Shown here piece after piece: positions 1-8,692 of a stretch of 64,000 nt of DNA. This stretch comes from Gemmatimonadota bacterium. GTDB taxonomy: Bacteria; Gemmatimonadota; Gemmatimonadetes; Palauibacterales; Palauibacteraceae. The notes below the pieces were generated by a model. The model was not told the DNA's origin and did not search any database. It was given only the letters and a program-made list of their open reading frames with translations. Location: the NCBI GenBank assembly GCA_035464655.1, contig DATHRZ010000044.1, positions 33,015-97,014 of the forward strand. The letters are read 5' to 3'. Each line of letters starts with the position of its first letter. The stretch's first letter is position 1. A program made the translations under genes and the position numbers.

Positions 1-841
1 CGGCGTACTGCGACGGGCCGGCCGCCGCCGACGTCGTCTGGCTCTGCAGGGCGGCCGCCTGGCCGACCACGTCCTCCGGGCCCAGGGCCCATCCGATGCG
101 CCATCCGGGCATCGAGAACGCCTTCGACATCCCGTCCAGCGCTACGACGTGGGTCGGACGGTCGGGGATGTCGAGCACCGACGGCGCGGCGGTTCCCCCT
201 TCCGCGTAGTGGAGGCGCCGGTAGATCTCGTCCGACAGCACCCAGATGCCGTGCTCGCCCGCCCACTCCAGAACCCCGGCGAGATCGTCGCGGCCGACGA
301 CCGCCCCGGTCGGGTTGTTGGGTGAGTTGACGAGCAGGCCCCGTGTGCGGGGTGTGCGCCGCGCCTCCAGCGCCTCGGCCGTGAGACGAAACCCGTCCTT
401 CCAGTCGAGCGGTACGACGACCGGTCGCGCTCGGGCGAGGTGGACGATGGCCGTGTAGCTCGGCCAGTAGGGTGCGGGAATCAGCACCTCGTCGCCCTCG
501 CCGAACAGGCAGTACGCGAGGTTGAACAACCCCTGCTTCACCCCCGCGCCGACCAGTATGGACCCCGGGTCGACCTCACCGGCGCCCGTCGTCTCCGACG
601 TGTAGCGGGCGATCGCCCGACGCAGCTCGGGCAACCCGGGCGTCGGGGGATAGCCGGTCTTGCCGGCGGCTACGGCGGCCGAGGCACCTCGCGCCGCGAT
701 CTCCGGGGTAGGGAACGAAGGCTCGCCGGCCGACAGGTTGACGATGGAGAGCCCGTCGGCCTGGAGGGCCTTCGCACGGGCCGTGATCGCCAGCGTGGCC
801 GAGGGCTCGAGACGGGCGACGTTGTCGGAAAACTCGGCCAT
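1..841 (-). CDS. Class I/II (aspartate-type) aminotransferase; 3' end lies outside the window
   Basis: Manual minus-strand translation from ATG at 839-841 gives MAEFSDNVARLEPSATLAITARAKALQADGLSIVNLSAGEPSFPTPE ... LDGMSKAFSMPGWRIGWALGPEDV, with the PLP-lysine SKAF and GWRIG motifs. The ORF runs off the window edge, so it is missing from the ORF track. Confidence 0.8.
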   Translation of the reverse strand, partial: MAEFSDNVARLEPSATLAITARAKALQADGLSIVNLSAGEPSFPTPEIAARGASAAVAAGKTGYPPTPGLPELRRAIARYTSETTGAGEVDPGSILVGAGVKQGLFNLAYCLFGEGDEVLIPAPYWPSYTAIVHLARARPVVVPLDWKDGFRLTAEALEARRTPRTRGLLVNSPNNPTGAVVGRDDLAGVLEWAGEHGIWVLSDEIYRRLHYAEGGTAAPSVLDIPDRPTHVVALDGMSKAFSMPGWRIGWALGPEDVVGQAAALQSQTTSAAAGPSQYA

Positions 842-955
842 GGCACTTTCTCGGCGTGAGGGACGTTTCTGACGCGGCACACGATTGTAGCAGGCCCGAG
901 TGCGCCGTAGCTTGCACCCGGAAGCACCGCGCCAGACCGGACCGGATCGTACCGG

Positions 956-1315
956 ATGCGGATCGAGGTCGTCAAGCAGCCCAACAACCACGGAAGCCGA
1001 ATGATCAGCGAAGTCGTGACGAAGCTGTCGCCCGAGGCGGTCATCGAAGAGGCGCGCCGATTTTTCACGGACGAGGAGGCCTTCCACTCCGCGACGATCG
1101 TCGACGAGAGCGACACACACCTCACGCTGGGGATGTTTCGCAGCCGCCTCGCCATCTCGGCCTTTCCCGACGACGAAAGCGGCGGCGAAAGACGGACCCG
1201 AGTTCGGGTCAGCACCCTGCGGCGCAACGACGCCGTGGGCCGGTTCCTCGCGCTGGTCGAGACGGCCGATCCCGACGCCTCGTCGGCCGATGGAGTGACG
1301 GCGGCGTCGGCGTGA
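956..1315 (+). CDS. Hypothetical protein (119 aa), apparently the first gene of the moaD-moaE-moaA unit
   Basis: High GC3 codon usage typical of coding sequence in this genome. Its TGA stop overlaps the GTG start of moaD (GTGA at 1312-1315). No recognisable motif. Confidence 0.5.
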   Translation: MRIEVVKQPNNHGSRMISEVVTKLSPEAVIEEARRFFTDEEAFHSATIVDESDTHLTLGMFRSRLAISAFPDDESGGERRTRVRVSTLRRNDAVGRFLALVETADPDASSADGVTAASA

Positions 1316-1569
1316 TCGCGGAGGCCGGCCTGAAGGTCGAGGTGCAGCTGTTCGGCCGCTACCGCGAGCTCGCCGAGGGAGCGTCGATCGCTCTCGAACT
1401 GCCGGCGGGAGCCACGGTGGCCGACCTGGTCGGCGAGCTGCATCGTCGGTCGCCCGGCCGTTTGCCTGCCCGCCCGGTCGTAGTCGTCGAACGCCGGCCC
1501 GCCGCCTACGACGTGGCGCTGGAAGCGGGCCACGAAATCGCCCTCATCCCCCCGGTAGCCGGCGGATGA
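1312..1569 (+). CDS. moaD: Molybdopterin synthase sulfur-carrier subunit MoaD
   Basis: About 85 aa, ending in the diagnostic C-terminal Gly-Gly (IPPVAGG). The ATGA at 1566-1569 shares moaD stop and moaE start. The GTG start at 1312 is inferred. Confidence 0.75.
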   Translation: MIAEAGLKVEVQLFGRYRELAEGASIALELPAGATVADLVGELHRRSPGRLPARPVVVVERRPAAYDVALEAGHEIALIPPVAGG

Positions 1570-2042
1570 CGGCCGACGTGGCTGCAGGGTCCGGCGGCGA
1601 CGTGGTGGGGTTGAGCGCCGAGCCCATTTCGGTGGCCGCTCTCGCGGAACGGGTGCCTCCGGGATCGGGGGCCGTGGCCACCTTCGAAGGTCGCGTTCGT
1701 GACACGAACGAGGGTCGTAAGGTGACGCGCCTGCACTACGACGCCTACCCGGCCATGGCCGACCGCGTGTTCGCGGACATCCTGCGCCGAACGCGCCGAA
1801 CGCACCCCGTGACGGCCGTTCGGGTACTGCATCGTACGGGCACGCTGGAGGTGGGGGAGACGGCCGTGGCCATCGTCGTCGCCGCCGGACACCGCGACGA
1901 GGCGTTCGCGGCGGCGAGCTTCGTCATCGAGGCGGTGAAGGCCGAGTTGCCCGTATGGAAGCGCGAAGAGTACGAGGACGGCTCGAGCCGATGGTTGGGC
2001 GGCGAGCCCGTCGAAGACGACGCGAGGGAAGGGGCGGGATGA
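1566..2042 (+). CDS. moaE: Molybdopterin synthase catalytic subunit MoaE
   Basis: 158 aa with a MoaE-like sequence (VAIVVAAGHRDEAFAAASFVIEAVKAELPVWKRE). Sits between moaD and moaA with overlapping stop/start codons. Confidence 0.8.
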   Translation: MTADVAAGSGGDVVGLSAEPISVAALAERVPPGSGAVATFEGRVRDTNEGRKVTRLHYDAYPAMADRVFADILRRTRRTHPVTAVRVLHRTGTLEVGETAVAIVVAAGHRDEAFAAASFVIEAVKAELPVWKREEYEDGSSRWLGGEPVEDDAREGAG

Positions 2043-3019
2043 AAGATCAATTCGGCCGCACGATCAACTACCTCCGGATCTCGGTGACCGACAAGTGCAA
2101 TCTCCGCTGCGTGTACTGCATGCCGGTCGAGGGTCTGCCGTGGATTCCGAAGGCGGAGATCCTGCGCTACGAAGAGATCGTCGAGATCGTCCGGCAGATG
2201 GGAGAACTCGGCCTGCGGCGCGTCCGGCTTACGGGCGGGGAGCCGCTGGTTCGGCAGGACCTTCCCGAGCTCGTGCGTGGGCTTCGCGGCCTGGGGGTGC
2301 TCGAAGACATCTCGCTGTCGACCAACGCGATTCTCCTGCCGGCGATGGCGGACGATCTGCGCGCGGCGGGCGTCGACCGGCTGAACATCAGCCTCGACAC
2401 GCTCCGTCGTGACCGGTTCACGCGGCTGGCCCGACGACCGGAGCGCTTCTACGACGACACGATGGAGGGAATCGCGGCCGCCGAGGCGGCCGGCTTCCGT
2501 CCGTTGAAGATCAACTGTGTAGTGATGCGCGGGTTCAACGACGACGAGCTGGACGATTTCGCCGCGGTGACACGCGACAGGCCCTGGCACGTGCGGTTCA
2601 TCGAGTTGATGCCGACCGAGGAGAACCTGTTTCTGTCGGACCGGTTCATCAGCGCCGAGGAGCTGCTGGGCCGCCTCGAGAGGTCGAGCGAGCTCGTGCC
2701 CGTCGAGGGCCCGGTCGGCAACGGACCGGCGCGTTACTTCCAGATTCCGGGGGCGCCCGGGACGGTCGGCGTCATCACACCGCTCTCGCACAACTATTGC
2801 GACAGGTGCAATCGGATGCGTCTGACGGCCGACGGCCGGTTGCGCACCTGCCTGTTCGGCACCCACGAGGTCGACCTCAAGGGACCGCTGCGCGAGACCG
2901 GAGACGTCGTTCCCGCCGTTCGGGAGGCGCTCGCCGGCAAGCCGGAACGGCACTTCCTCCAGCTCGGAGCGTCGAGCGGAAGTGGGGGTCTGGCGGCGCT
3001 CAGCGAAGTCGGTGGGTGA
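2039..3019 (+). CDS. moaA: GTP 3',8-cyclase MoaA (radical SAM)
   Basis: INYLRISVTDKCNLRCVYCMP carries the CxxxCxxC radical-SAM cluster, and the C-terminal CDRCNRMRLTADGRLRTCLF carries the second cluster. The ATG at 2039 overlaps the moaE stop. Confidence 0.9.
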   Translation: MKDQFGRTINYLRISVTDKCNLRCVYCMPVEGLPWIPKAEILRYEEIVEIVRQMGELGLRRVRLTGGEPLVRQDLPELVRGLRGLGVLEDISLSTNAILLPAMADDLRAAGVDRLNISLDTLRRDRFTRLARRPERFYDDTMEGIAAAEAAGFRPLKINCVVMRGFNDDELDDFAAVTRDRPWHVRFIELMPTEENLFLSDRFISAEELLGRLERSSELVPVEGPVGNGPARYFQIPGAPGTVGVITPLSHNYCDRCNRMRLTADGRLRTCLFGTHEVDLKGPLRETGDVVPAVREALAGKPERHFLQLGASSGSGGLAALSEVGG

Positions 3020-3070
3020 GGCCGGCATGACTACGCGCCGATGAAGACGAGTAAGAATACGATGAGACGG

Positions 3071-3089
3071 ATCATGCATCATGCATCAC
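3071..3089. repeat. AT-rich tandem heptamer (atcatgc atcatgc atcac) holding two ATGCAT palindromes, in the moaA-to-ORF3106 spacer
   Basis: Read directly at 3071-3089. The local GC content is far below the genome average, which suggests a promoter or operator. Confidence 0.4.
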
Positions 3090-3105
3090 GAATATTGGAT
3101 CGAAT

Positions 3106-3345
3106 ATGACCTATGAAGAGCGGGCGTTGTACCACGAAGGACGAGAAAAGCTGGCGTCCCTGAGGGCCGAGCTCGAATCCGGCGACGCCACTGGGCAGAT
3201 CACCAGGGCACAGGCCATCGAGATTCTCGGCCTCCTCGAATTCTTCGCCGAGCGCGTGAGTCCCGAGCGCTGGGATCGGGCGCTGGAAGCGATCGCAGAC
3301 GAAGCGGCGCGCCGCGCCGACATCCTGGCGGCACGCCGCAACTGA
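3106..3345 (+). CDS. Small hypothetical protein (79 aa, acidic, likely helical)
   Basis: ORF sits right after the AT-rich spacer and has acceptable GC3 usage. No motif recognised. Confidence 0.4.
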   Translation: MTYEERALYHEGREKLASLRAELESGDATGQITRAQAIEILGLLEFFAERVSPERWDRALEAIADEAARRADILAARRN

Positions 3346-3403
3346 CCGCCACGGAGCCGAACGGCTCCGCGAGCTGAACATTGACCCGGGAAGAGGCGAA
3401 GTC

Positions 3404-4330
3404 TTGAACAGGATCACGGTAGTCGGTGCCGGACACGTGGGGTCGACGACGGCGCAGCGCATCGCGGAACGCGAGCTGGCGCGCGAGGTCGTGCTGGTCG
3501 ACATCGTCGAGGGCATGCCGCAGGGCAAGGCGCTCGACCAGTGGGAGTCCGCGCCCGTCGAGGGCTTCGACACGCGACTGGTCGGTGCGCAGGACTACGG
3601 GCCGACGGCCGGTTCGGGAATCTACGTCGTGACGGCGGGGCTGGCCCGCAAGCCGGGCATGAGCCGCGACGACCTCGTACAGAAGAACGCGCAGATCATC
3701 GGAGCGGTGAGCGAGCAGATCGCCGAGCACAGCCCCGAGGCGATCATCGTCATGGTCACGAACCCGCTCGACGTGATGGCGTGGGTCGCGAAGGAGACGA
3801 CGGGATTCCCGCGCGAACGGGTGATCGGGATGGCCGGAGTTCTCGATACGGCGCGGTTCCGCAGCTTCATCGCTCTCGAACTCGACGTCAGCGTCGAGGA
3901 CGTGCAGGCGCTCGTCCTCGGCGGGCATGGCGACAGCATGGTGCCGCTGGTCAGCACGGTGTCCGTGGGGGGGATTCCGCTGACAGAGTTGCTCGAAGCC
4001 GAGCGCATCGAGGCCCTCGTCGAGCGGACGCGCAAGGGCGGCGGCGAGATCGTCGGCCTGCTCGGCAATGGCAGCGCCTATTATGCGCCTTCGGCGGCGG
4101 CCGTCCAGATGGTGGAGTCGATCGTCCGGGACAAGCGCCGGGTGCTTCCCGCCGCCGCATGGCTGGAGGGCGAGTTCGGGCTCGACGGCCTGTTCCTGGG
4201 CGTACCGTGCAAGCTCGGGCACGACGGACTCGAGGCGATCCTCGAGGTCAGCCTGACCGACGGCGAGCGCGAAGCCCTGCACGCCTCGGCGGCCGACGTG
4301 CGCGACACGATGGCGGTACTCGGAGGGTAG
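3404..4330 (+). CDS. mdh: Malate dehydrogenase (LDH-like family)
   Basis: Rossmann motif [12 protein letters not shown], the catalytic loop region, and substrate-binding residues ([17 protein letters not shown]) are present. TTG start at 3404 is preceded by a GAAGAGG Shine-Dalgarno sequence. Confidence 0.9.
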   Translation: MNRITVVGAGHVGSTTAQRIAERELAREVVLVDIVEGMPQGKALDQWESAPVEGFDTRLVGAQDYGPTAGSGIYVVTAGLARKPGMSRDDLVQKNAQIIGAVSEQIAEHSPEAIIVMVTNPLDVMAWVAKETTGFPRERVIGMAGVLDTARFRSFIALELDVSVEDVQALVLGGHGDSMVPLVSTVSVGGIPLTELLEAERIEALVERTRKGGGEIVGLLGNGSAYYAPSAAAVQMVESIVRDKRRVLPAAAWLEGEFGLDGLFLGVPCKLGHDGLEAILEVSLTDGEREALHASAADVRDTMAVLGG

Positions 4331-4338
4331 GTCCGCCG

Positions 4339-4872
4339 TTGGCCTACCTTCGATTCCTCGGAGAGTGGTACAACCTCATATGGGTGGGCGCGGTCTGCGC
4401 CGGCCTCCTGTCCGTCACGCTCGCGCGCCGGGAGCCGCCGGAAGGGCCGCGGACTTCGCCCGGCATCGTCCTCATCGCGGCCGGTGTCCTGGGACTGACG
4501 CTCAACGGAGCGCTGCACGACTTTCGCGTCGAGCCGATCGCGCGGTGGTTCCCGCTCGTCGCGGTGCTCGCCCTGGGGGCGGGCTGGCTGATCGCGCGGA
4601 GCGCTTCGAGGCTCCGCCATCGTTGGATTCCCCCGGTGCGCGGCGTCGCCTTCAATGAGCCCGGCCTCGAGGGTGAGGAAGCTGTCGTCCTCAGCGCCGA
4701 CCTCGAACACGGCCGGATCGGGCGGGCGCGCCACCGCGACGAGACGGGCATCTCGCACATCCTGCGGGTTCACCTGGCCGACGACGGGGCGGGCGCGTTG
4801 CGCTTCGGCGGCCGTGTGCGGCTGGGGACGTTCGACCCGGATCGCCGGTCGTATCCGGTCGAGCCCGTGTGA
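4339..4872 (+). CDS. Hypothetical membrane protein (about three TM helices plus a roughly 80-aa soluble C-terminal domain, possibly NfeD-like)
   Basis: Hydrophobic stretches (WYNLIWVGAVCAGLLSV, IVLIAAGVLGLTL, FPLVAVLALGAGWLIA). Start is uncertain (TTG 4339 or GTG 4384). The long overlapping ORF 3541..4872 is a GC artefact. Confidence 0.45.
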   Translation: MAYLRFLGEWYNLIWVGAVCAGLLSVTLARREPPEGPRTSPGIVLIAAGVLGLTLNGALHDFRVEPIARWFPLVAVLALGAGWLIARSASRLRHRWIPPVRGVAFNEPGLEGEEAVVLSADLEHGRIGRARHRDETGISHILRVHLADDGAGALRFGGRVRLGTFDPDRRSYPVEPV

Positions 4873-4893
4873 CGCCCGGCGTGAACGAGACGC

Positions 4894-6192
4894 TCAGTTG
4901 ATCGGTAGCTCGGCCTCGAGCAGCGCCCGGGCGACCGTGACCTCGGGACTTTCGGCGAGGTCGAGGCGACGCGGCGGATCGACGGGCGACCAGTCGGCGT
5001 CCCAGCGCACCAGCACTTCGGGGCGCAGGATGTTCTCGGGGTTCGTCCCGATGACCTGCGCGATCGCGCCCGTCGAAAGCTGCACGAAGCTGTCGAGGGG
5101 GAAGGCGGAGATCTCGTTGACGAGTGCGGCCACCACTCCGGCCTCGAAGTACTCGCCCTTCATCTCGCTCACCTGCTCGAGGGCCTCGAGAGCCGTGTAG
5201 GGCGAGCGATAGGCGCGGGGATGCGACAGCGCTTCGAATACGTCGGCCAGGCCGATGACCTGCGCCAGCGGGTCGATCGCCTTCCCGGCGAGTCCGGCCG
5301 GATAGCCCTGACCGTGCATTCTCTCGTGCTCCTGGAGGACGACGTCCTCGAGCCAGGCGTAGCGGGGCTCGACGTCGACCAGCAGCTCCGCGCCGAGCAC
5401 CGGGTGCTCTCGCAACATCTCGCGCTCGTTCTCGGTCAATCGACCCGACTTGCGCACGATGTCCGTCGGCAGGCGGGCCATGCCGATGTCGTGCACGATA
5501 CCCGACAGGATGACGCGCACCACGTCCTCGGTACCCATCGCCATGCCGAGGGCGACCTTGCCCGCGATGATCGCGACGTTGGCCGAGTGGCTGGCCATGT
5601 CGTACTCGGCATGCGGTTCGAGGGAGCGCAGGACGAGTCCGTTGTCCCTCAAGAGATTCGAGTGGATGCGCTCGGCGAGCAGCCGTATCCGGCCCAACTC
5701 GGGCGGCTGCCCCTCGCGGGCCGCCTCGAACGCGGCGTCCGCCGCCGCGACGATCTCGGAGTACAGGGCTCCTGACGATACGCCTCCATCCGGCGACCGC
5801 GCGCGAAGGCGGCCGCGCGCCACCGTCGCGTCGAGCGCGAGTCCCCCGACGAGGACTCGCAGGGCGGTGGAGGACACGGGCCAGGTCACGAGGGCCGCTC
5901 CATCCTCGAGCTCGAGCGAATCGGCGGATGCGCTCGATGCGGCGACGACGAGGATCGGTACTTCTTCGGCGAGGCCGAGGTCTCGCCGAACTTCACGGAC
6001 GCCGCCCGCGCCGAGCGACTCGACGACGACGATGAGCAAGGATATACCCGCGTCGTCCGCGGAAACGGCCGCGCCGCTGCGCTCGAACCGCAGGCCGGCC
6101 GCCGCAAGCCGGCCACCGACATCGGTCGGTCCGCCCTCCGGCTCGACGAGCAGCAGGGAGGGATCTCCGGAGCCCTTCGCCTGTCCGGACAT
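4894..6192 (-). CDS. HD-GYP phosphodiesterase with an N-terminal degenerate receiver-like domain
   Basis: The C-terminal half has HDIGMARLP (the HD motif) and HERMHGQGYP (the GYP motif). The N-terminal roughly 130 aa have receiver-like hydrophobic periodicity (LLLVEPE ... SLLIVVVES ... VPILVVAAS) but lack the acidic pocket and phospho-acceptor Asp. Start is the ATG encoding MSGQAKG at 6192. The upstream 90 codons of the track ORF are rejected. Confidence 0.8.
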   Translation of the reverse strand: MSGQAKGSGDPSLLLVEPEGGPTDVGGRLAAAGLRFERSGAAVSADDAGISLLIVVVESLGAGGVREVRRDLGLAEEVPILVVAASSASADSLELEDGAALVTWPVSSTALRVLVGGLALDATVARGRLRARSPDGGVSSGALYSEIVAAADAAFEAAREGQPPELGRIRLLAERIHSNLLRDNGLVLRSLEPHAEYDMASHSANVAIIAGKVALGMAMGTEDVVRVILSGIVHDIGMARLPTDIVRKSGRLTENEREMLREHPVLGAELLVDVEPRYAWLEDVVLQEHERMHGQGYPAGLAGKAIDPLAQVIGLADVFEALSHPRAYRSPYTALEALEQVSEMKGEYFEAGVVAALVNEISAFPLDSFVQLSTGAIAQVIGTNPENILRPEVLVRWDADWSPVDPPRRLDLAESPEVTVARALLEAELPIN

Positions 6193-6319
6193 GCGATCCT
6201 TTCGAGTCACGGGTTCTGTCTGGCGACCTCGTCCCAACCTAGCACGCCGCCGCGGAAGCTGACCAGTCGGCCCGGCGGGAAATTCGCCGACCCCGTCGCG
6301 CGGCAGACCCGGCACCCAC

Positions 6320-6706
6320 ATGTTTCGCGGCATGGCGAACCGGTGGCTGGAGACGGGCGCGGTGCTCGCGGGACTCGGCGTGGCGGCCGGGGCCTTCGGC
6401 ACGCACGCGCTCTCGGGGAGGCTCAGCCCCGACCTTCTGGACGTGTTCGAGACGGCCACGCGCTATCACCTGTTGCACGCCGTCGCCCTGCTCGTCGTCG
6501 GGCTCGCGGCCGCTCGTAACGCGGGAACCCGCCTGTGGAACGCGGCCGGCTGGCTGTTCACGGCCGGAATCCTCGTGTTCGGCGGGTCGCTGTATGCGCT
6601 GGCCCTGACCGGTGCACGGTGGCTCGGGGCCGTCACTCCGATCGGCGGTGCGTGCTTTCTCGCCGGCTGGGCCGTCGTCGCCGTGGCTGCCGCCCGGTCC
6701 GGCTGA
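6320..6706 (+). CDS. DUF423 (YgdD-like) small membrane protein
   Basis: 128 aa with four predicted TM helices and glycine-rich helix packing (GLGVAAGAFGTHAL ... LLHAVALLVVGLAA). Start may instead be the M at 6332. Confidence 0.7.
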   Translation: MFRGMANRWLETGAVLAGLGVAAGAFGTHALSGRLSPDLLDVFETATRYHLLHAVALLVVGLAAARNAGTRLWNAAGWLFTAGILVFGGSLYALALTGARWLGAVTPIGGACFLAGWAVVAVAAARSG

Positions 6707-6752
6707 ATACGTGCCGACCGCCTGACAGCTCTCGTCCGTCCGGCCGCCCGCC

Positions 6753-7307
6753 TCACAGACGCGGTGGCGTCACCCCCCGCTGTCCCTGGTACTTGCCCTT
6801 CTTGTCGGCGTAGCTCGTCTCGCAGGCTTCGTCGGACTCGAAGAACAGGACCTGGGCGATTCCCTCGTTCGCGTAGACGCGCGCCGGGAGAGGTGTCGTG
6901 TTGCTGATCTCCAGCGTCACGTGGCCCTCCCACTCGGGCTCGAACGGAGTGACGTTCGTGATGATCCCGCACCGCGCGTACGTCGACTTTCCGACGCAGA
7001 TCGTCAGCACCTGCCGGGGGATGCGGAAGTACTCGATGCTGCGGGCGAGCGCGAACGAGTTCGGCGGCACGATGCATACGTCGCCCTGGAACTCGATGAA
7101 CGACCGCTGGTCGAAGTCCTTCGGATCGACGATCGGCGACAGCGCGTTGTGGAAGATTCGGAACTCGTCGGCGACCCGCATGTCGTAGCCGTAGCTGCTG
7201 AGTCCGTAGGAGATGCAGTCGTCGCGCACCTGGCCGTCGACGAACGGTTCGATCATCCCGTGGTCGACGGCCATCCGGCGGATCCAGCGGTCGCTCTTGA
7301 TGCTCAT
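6753..7307 (-). CDS. dcd: dCTP deaminase
   Basis: 184 aa reading [22 protein letters not shown] ... [11 protein letters not shown] ... [26 protein letters not shown], a typical Dcd/dUTPase-fold sequence. Confidence 0.9.
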   Translation of the reverse strand: MSIKSDRWIRRMAVDHGMIEPFVDGQVRDDCISYGLSSYGYDMRVADEFRIFHNALSPIVDPKDFDQRSFIEFQGDVCIVPPNSFALARSIEYFRIPRQVLTICVGKSTYARCGIITNVTPFEPEWEGHVTLEISNTTPLPARVYANEGIAQVLFFESDEACETSYADKKGKYQGQRGVTPPRL

Positions 7308-7326
7308 CGGTCTCTCGGTTCGAGGT

Positions 7327-8175
7327 TCATGGAGTCGTCTGCTCGACGTGGCGGAGCACGGCTTCGACGCGGGCGGGCTCCTCTTCGGTCACGCCGTGGC
7401 CGGCACCGGGCAGCACCGTGCACGACGCGCCGAGCCGCTCCGCCCAGCGGACGGCGTCCGCCGGTACGATCCGCCGGTCGGCCGCACCCGTTACGACCGC
7501 CACCCGCAATCCGGCCGGTCGCTCGAGGCGCGCGAGCTCGTCGGGCCGCCAGTCGCGGAACATGCGCAACAGGGCCCGGGCCCGGGACGGATCGGCGTAA
7601 GGCTCCGCGTAGCGCTGTACGGCCTGGCCGACGTGCGGGCGATGCTCCCCGTACACCCGCCGGGTGAGGATATAGCGGGTCAGCGGGCGGCGACAGGTCC
7701 GCAGGGCGGGTTCGACGGCCCGCCGGACGACCGGGAAGCGCAGCAGGTCGAGGACGCGCGGCCGCTTCGTCCACGGAGTGACCGGACTCGCGAGAACGAG
7801 GCCCGCGAGTTCCACGCGCCCCGCCAGCGCGAGGCCCAGCGATGCGCCGTGCGAATGCCCCGCCACCAGCGGACGGCGGGCGCCGGACGCCGCCAGGAGC
7901 GCGGCGAGCCGGTCGACCTCGTCGGCCAGCGAGAACCCCGCCGACGCGTCGACGACGGAAGCGCCGCGGCCGAGAAGGTCGGGTACGAGTACCCGGTGGT
8001 CGCGAGCGAGGCCGCGCGCCACCGCGTCCCATTCGGTGTGGTCGGCGCTGATCCCGTGCAGGAGCAGTACGGGTGGGCCGGCACCCGCCGTCCACACGGG
8101 CAGAGATCCCCCGGCCACGTCGATCCAGACCGGCTCGGAAGGGGGCCAGGGCTCTTGTGTGGCGGACAGGCTCAC
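7327..8175 (-). CDS. Alpha/beta-fold hydrolase
   Basis: Has HG oxyanion-hole LLLHGISAD, nucleophile elbow GHSHGAS, and a C-terminal GAGHGVTEE with the catalytic His. GTG start at 8175 is chosen because the longer 455-aa track ORF would overlap nuoA on the opposite strand. Confidence 0.75.
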   Translation of the reverse strand: MSLSATQEPWPPSEPVWIDVAGGSLPVWTAGAGPPVLLLHGISADHTEWDAVARGLARDHRVLVPDLLGRGASVVDASAGFSLADEVDRLAALLAASGARRPLVAGHSHGASLGLALAGRVELAGLVLASPVTPWTKRPRVLDLLRFPVVRRAVEPALRTCRRPLTRYILTRRVYGEHRPHVGQAVQRYAEPYADPSRARALLRMFRDWRPDELARLERPAGLRVAVVTGAADRRIVPADAVRWAERLGASCTVLPGAGHGVTEEEPARVEAVLRHVEQTTP

Positions 8176-8248
8176 AGTCTCTTTGTCCCGCGCAACACCG
8201 TCGGACGGGGGACCGGTCTCACGAAGGCCGTCTTTCCGCCGGGATTCC

Positions 8249-8279
8249 TTGACCGGAACGCGCGAGGCGGCATATGTTC
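8249..8279 (+). promoter_or_regulatory. Candidate sigma-70-type promoter of the nuo operon (TTGACC-N17-ATATGT)
   Basis: TTGACC at 8249-8254 and ATATGT at 8272-8277, in the 156-nt spacer upstream of nuoA. Confidence 0.35.
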
Positions 8280-8289
8280 GCCGGGACTC

Positions 8290-8303
8290 GTGAACAATTT
8301 CAC
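8290..8303. promoter_or_regulatory. Inverted repeat GTGAA-CAAT-TTCAC in the predicted nuoA 5' leader (candidate operator)
   Basis: Perfect 5-4-5 palindrome read directly. It is AT-rich in GC-rich surroundings and lies about 30 nt upstream of the nuoA ATG. Confidence 0.4.
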
Positions 8304-8306
8304 AAA

Positions 8307-8328
8307 CTGCTCCTGAACTGCTCCTGAA
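8307..8328 (+). repeat. Perfect tandem 11-bp repeat (CTGCTCCTGAA x2) immediately upstream of the nuoA start codon
   Basis: Read directly. The second copy ends 3 nt before the ATG at 8332. Confidence 0.6.
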
Positions 8329-8331
8329 TCC

Positions 8332-8688
8332 ATGCAGCAGGCATATCTCGGTATAGCGATGCTGTCCGTCGTCGGCATCCTGAATGCTGTCGTCATGCTC
8401 GGCCTGTCTCACCTCGTGAGCGTTCGCCGACCCACGCCGGCGAAGGTCGGCGCCTACGAGTCGGGCATCACGCCGCTCGGCGACACGCGCGAGCGGTTCT
8501 CGGTCAAATTTTACATCGTTGCGATGCTGTTCATCGTCTTCGACATCGAGACCATCTTCTTCCTCCCGTGGGCCGTGATCTTCCGCGATCTCGGACTGTT
8601 CGGGCTGATCGAGATGTTCGTCTTCGTCGGCGTTCTGGCGGTCGGACTCGCCTACGCCTGGAGGAAGGGTACGCTGGATTGGGACTGA
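8332..8688 (+). CDS. nuoA: NADH-quinone oxidoreductase subunit A
   Basis: 118 aa with three TM helices. The central segment is conserved ([24 protein letters not shown]). Confidence 0.9.
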   Translation: MQQAYLGIAMLSVVGILNAVVMLGLSHLVSVRRPTPAKVGAYESGITPLGDTRERFSVKFYIVAMLFIVFDIETIFFLPWAVIFRDLGLFGLIEMFVFVGVLAVGLAYAWRKGTLDWD

Positions 8689-8692
8689 CGTC

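Noticed and set aside
841-955. Possible Moco riboswitch upstream of the moa genes
   Set aside because: The segment that would hold it (956-1315) has strong GC3 codon bias and an uninterrupted ORF overlapping moaD. The short spacer at 841-955 shows no recognisable riboswitch architecture.
3541-4872. 443-aa plus-strand ORF spanning mdh and the downstream membrane protein
   Set aside because: Its first 800 nt overlap the well-supported mdh gene out of frame, with an Arg/Gly-rich translation. Only the 3' portion (4339-4872), with hydrophobic helices, looks real.
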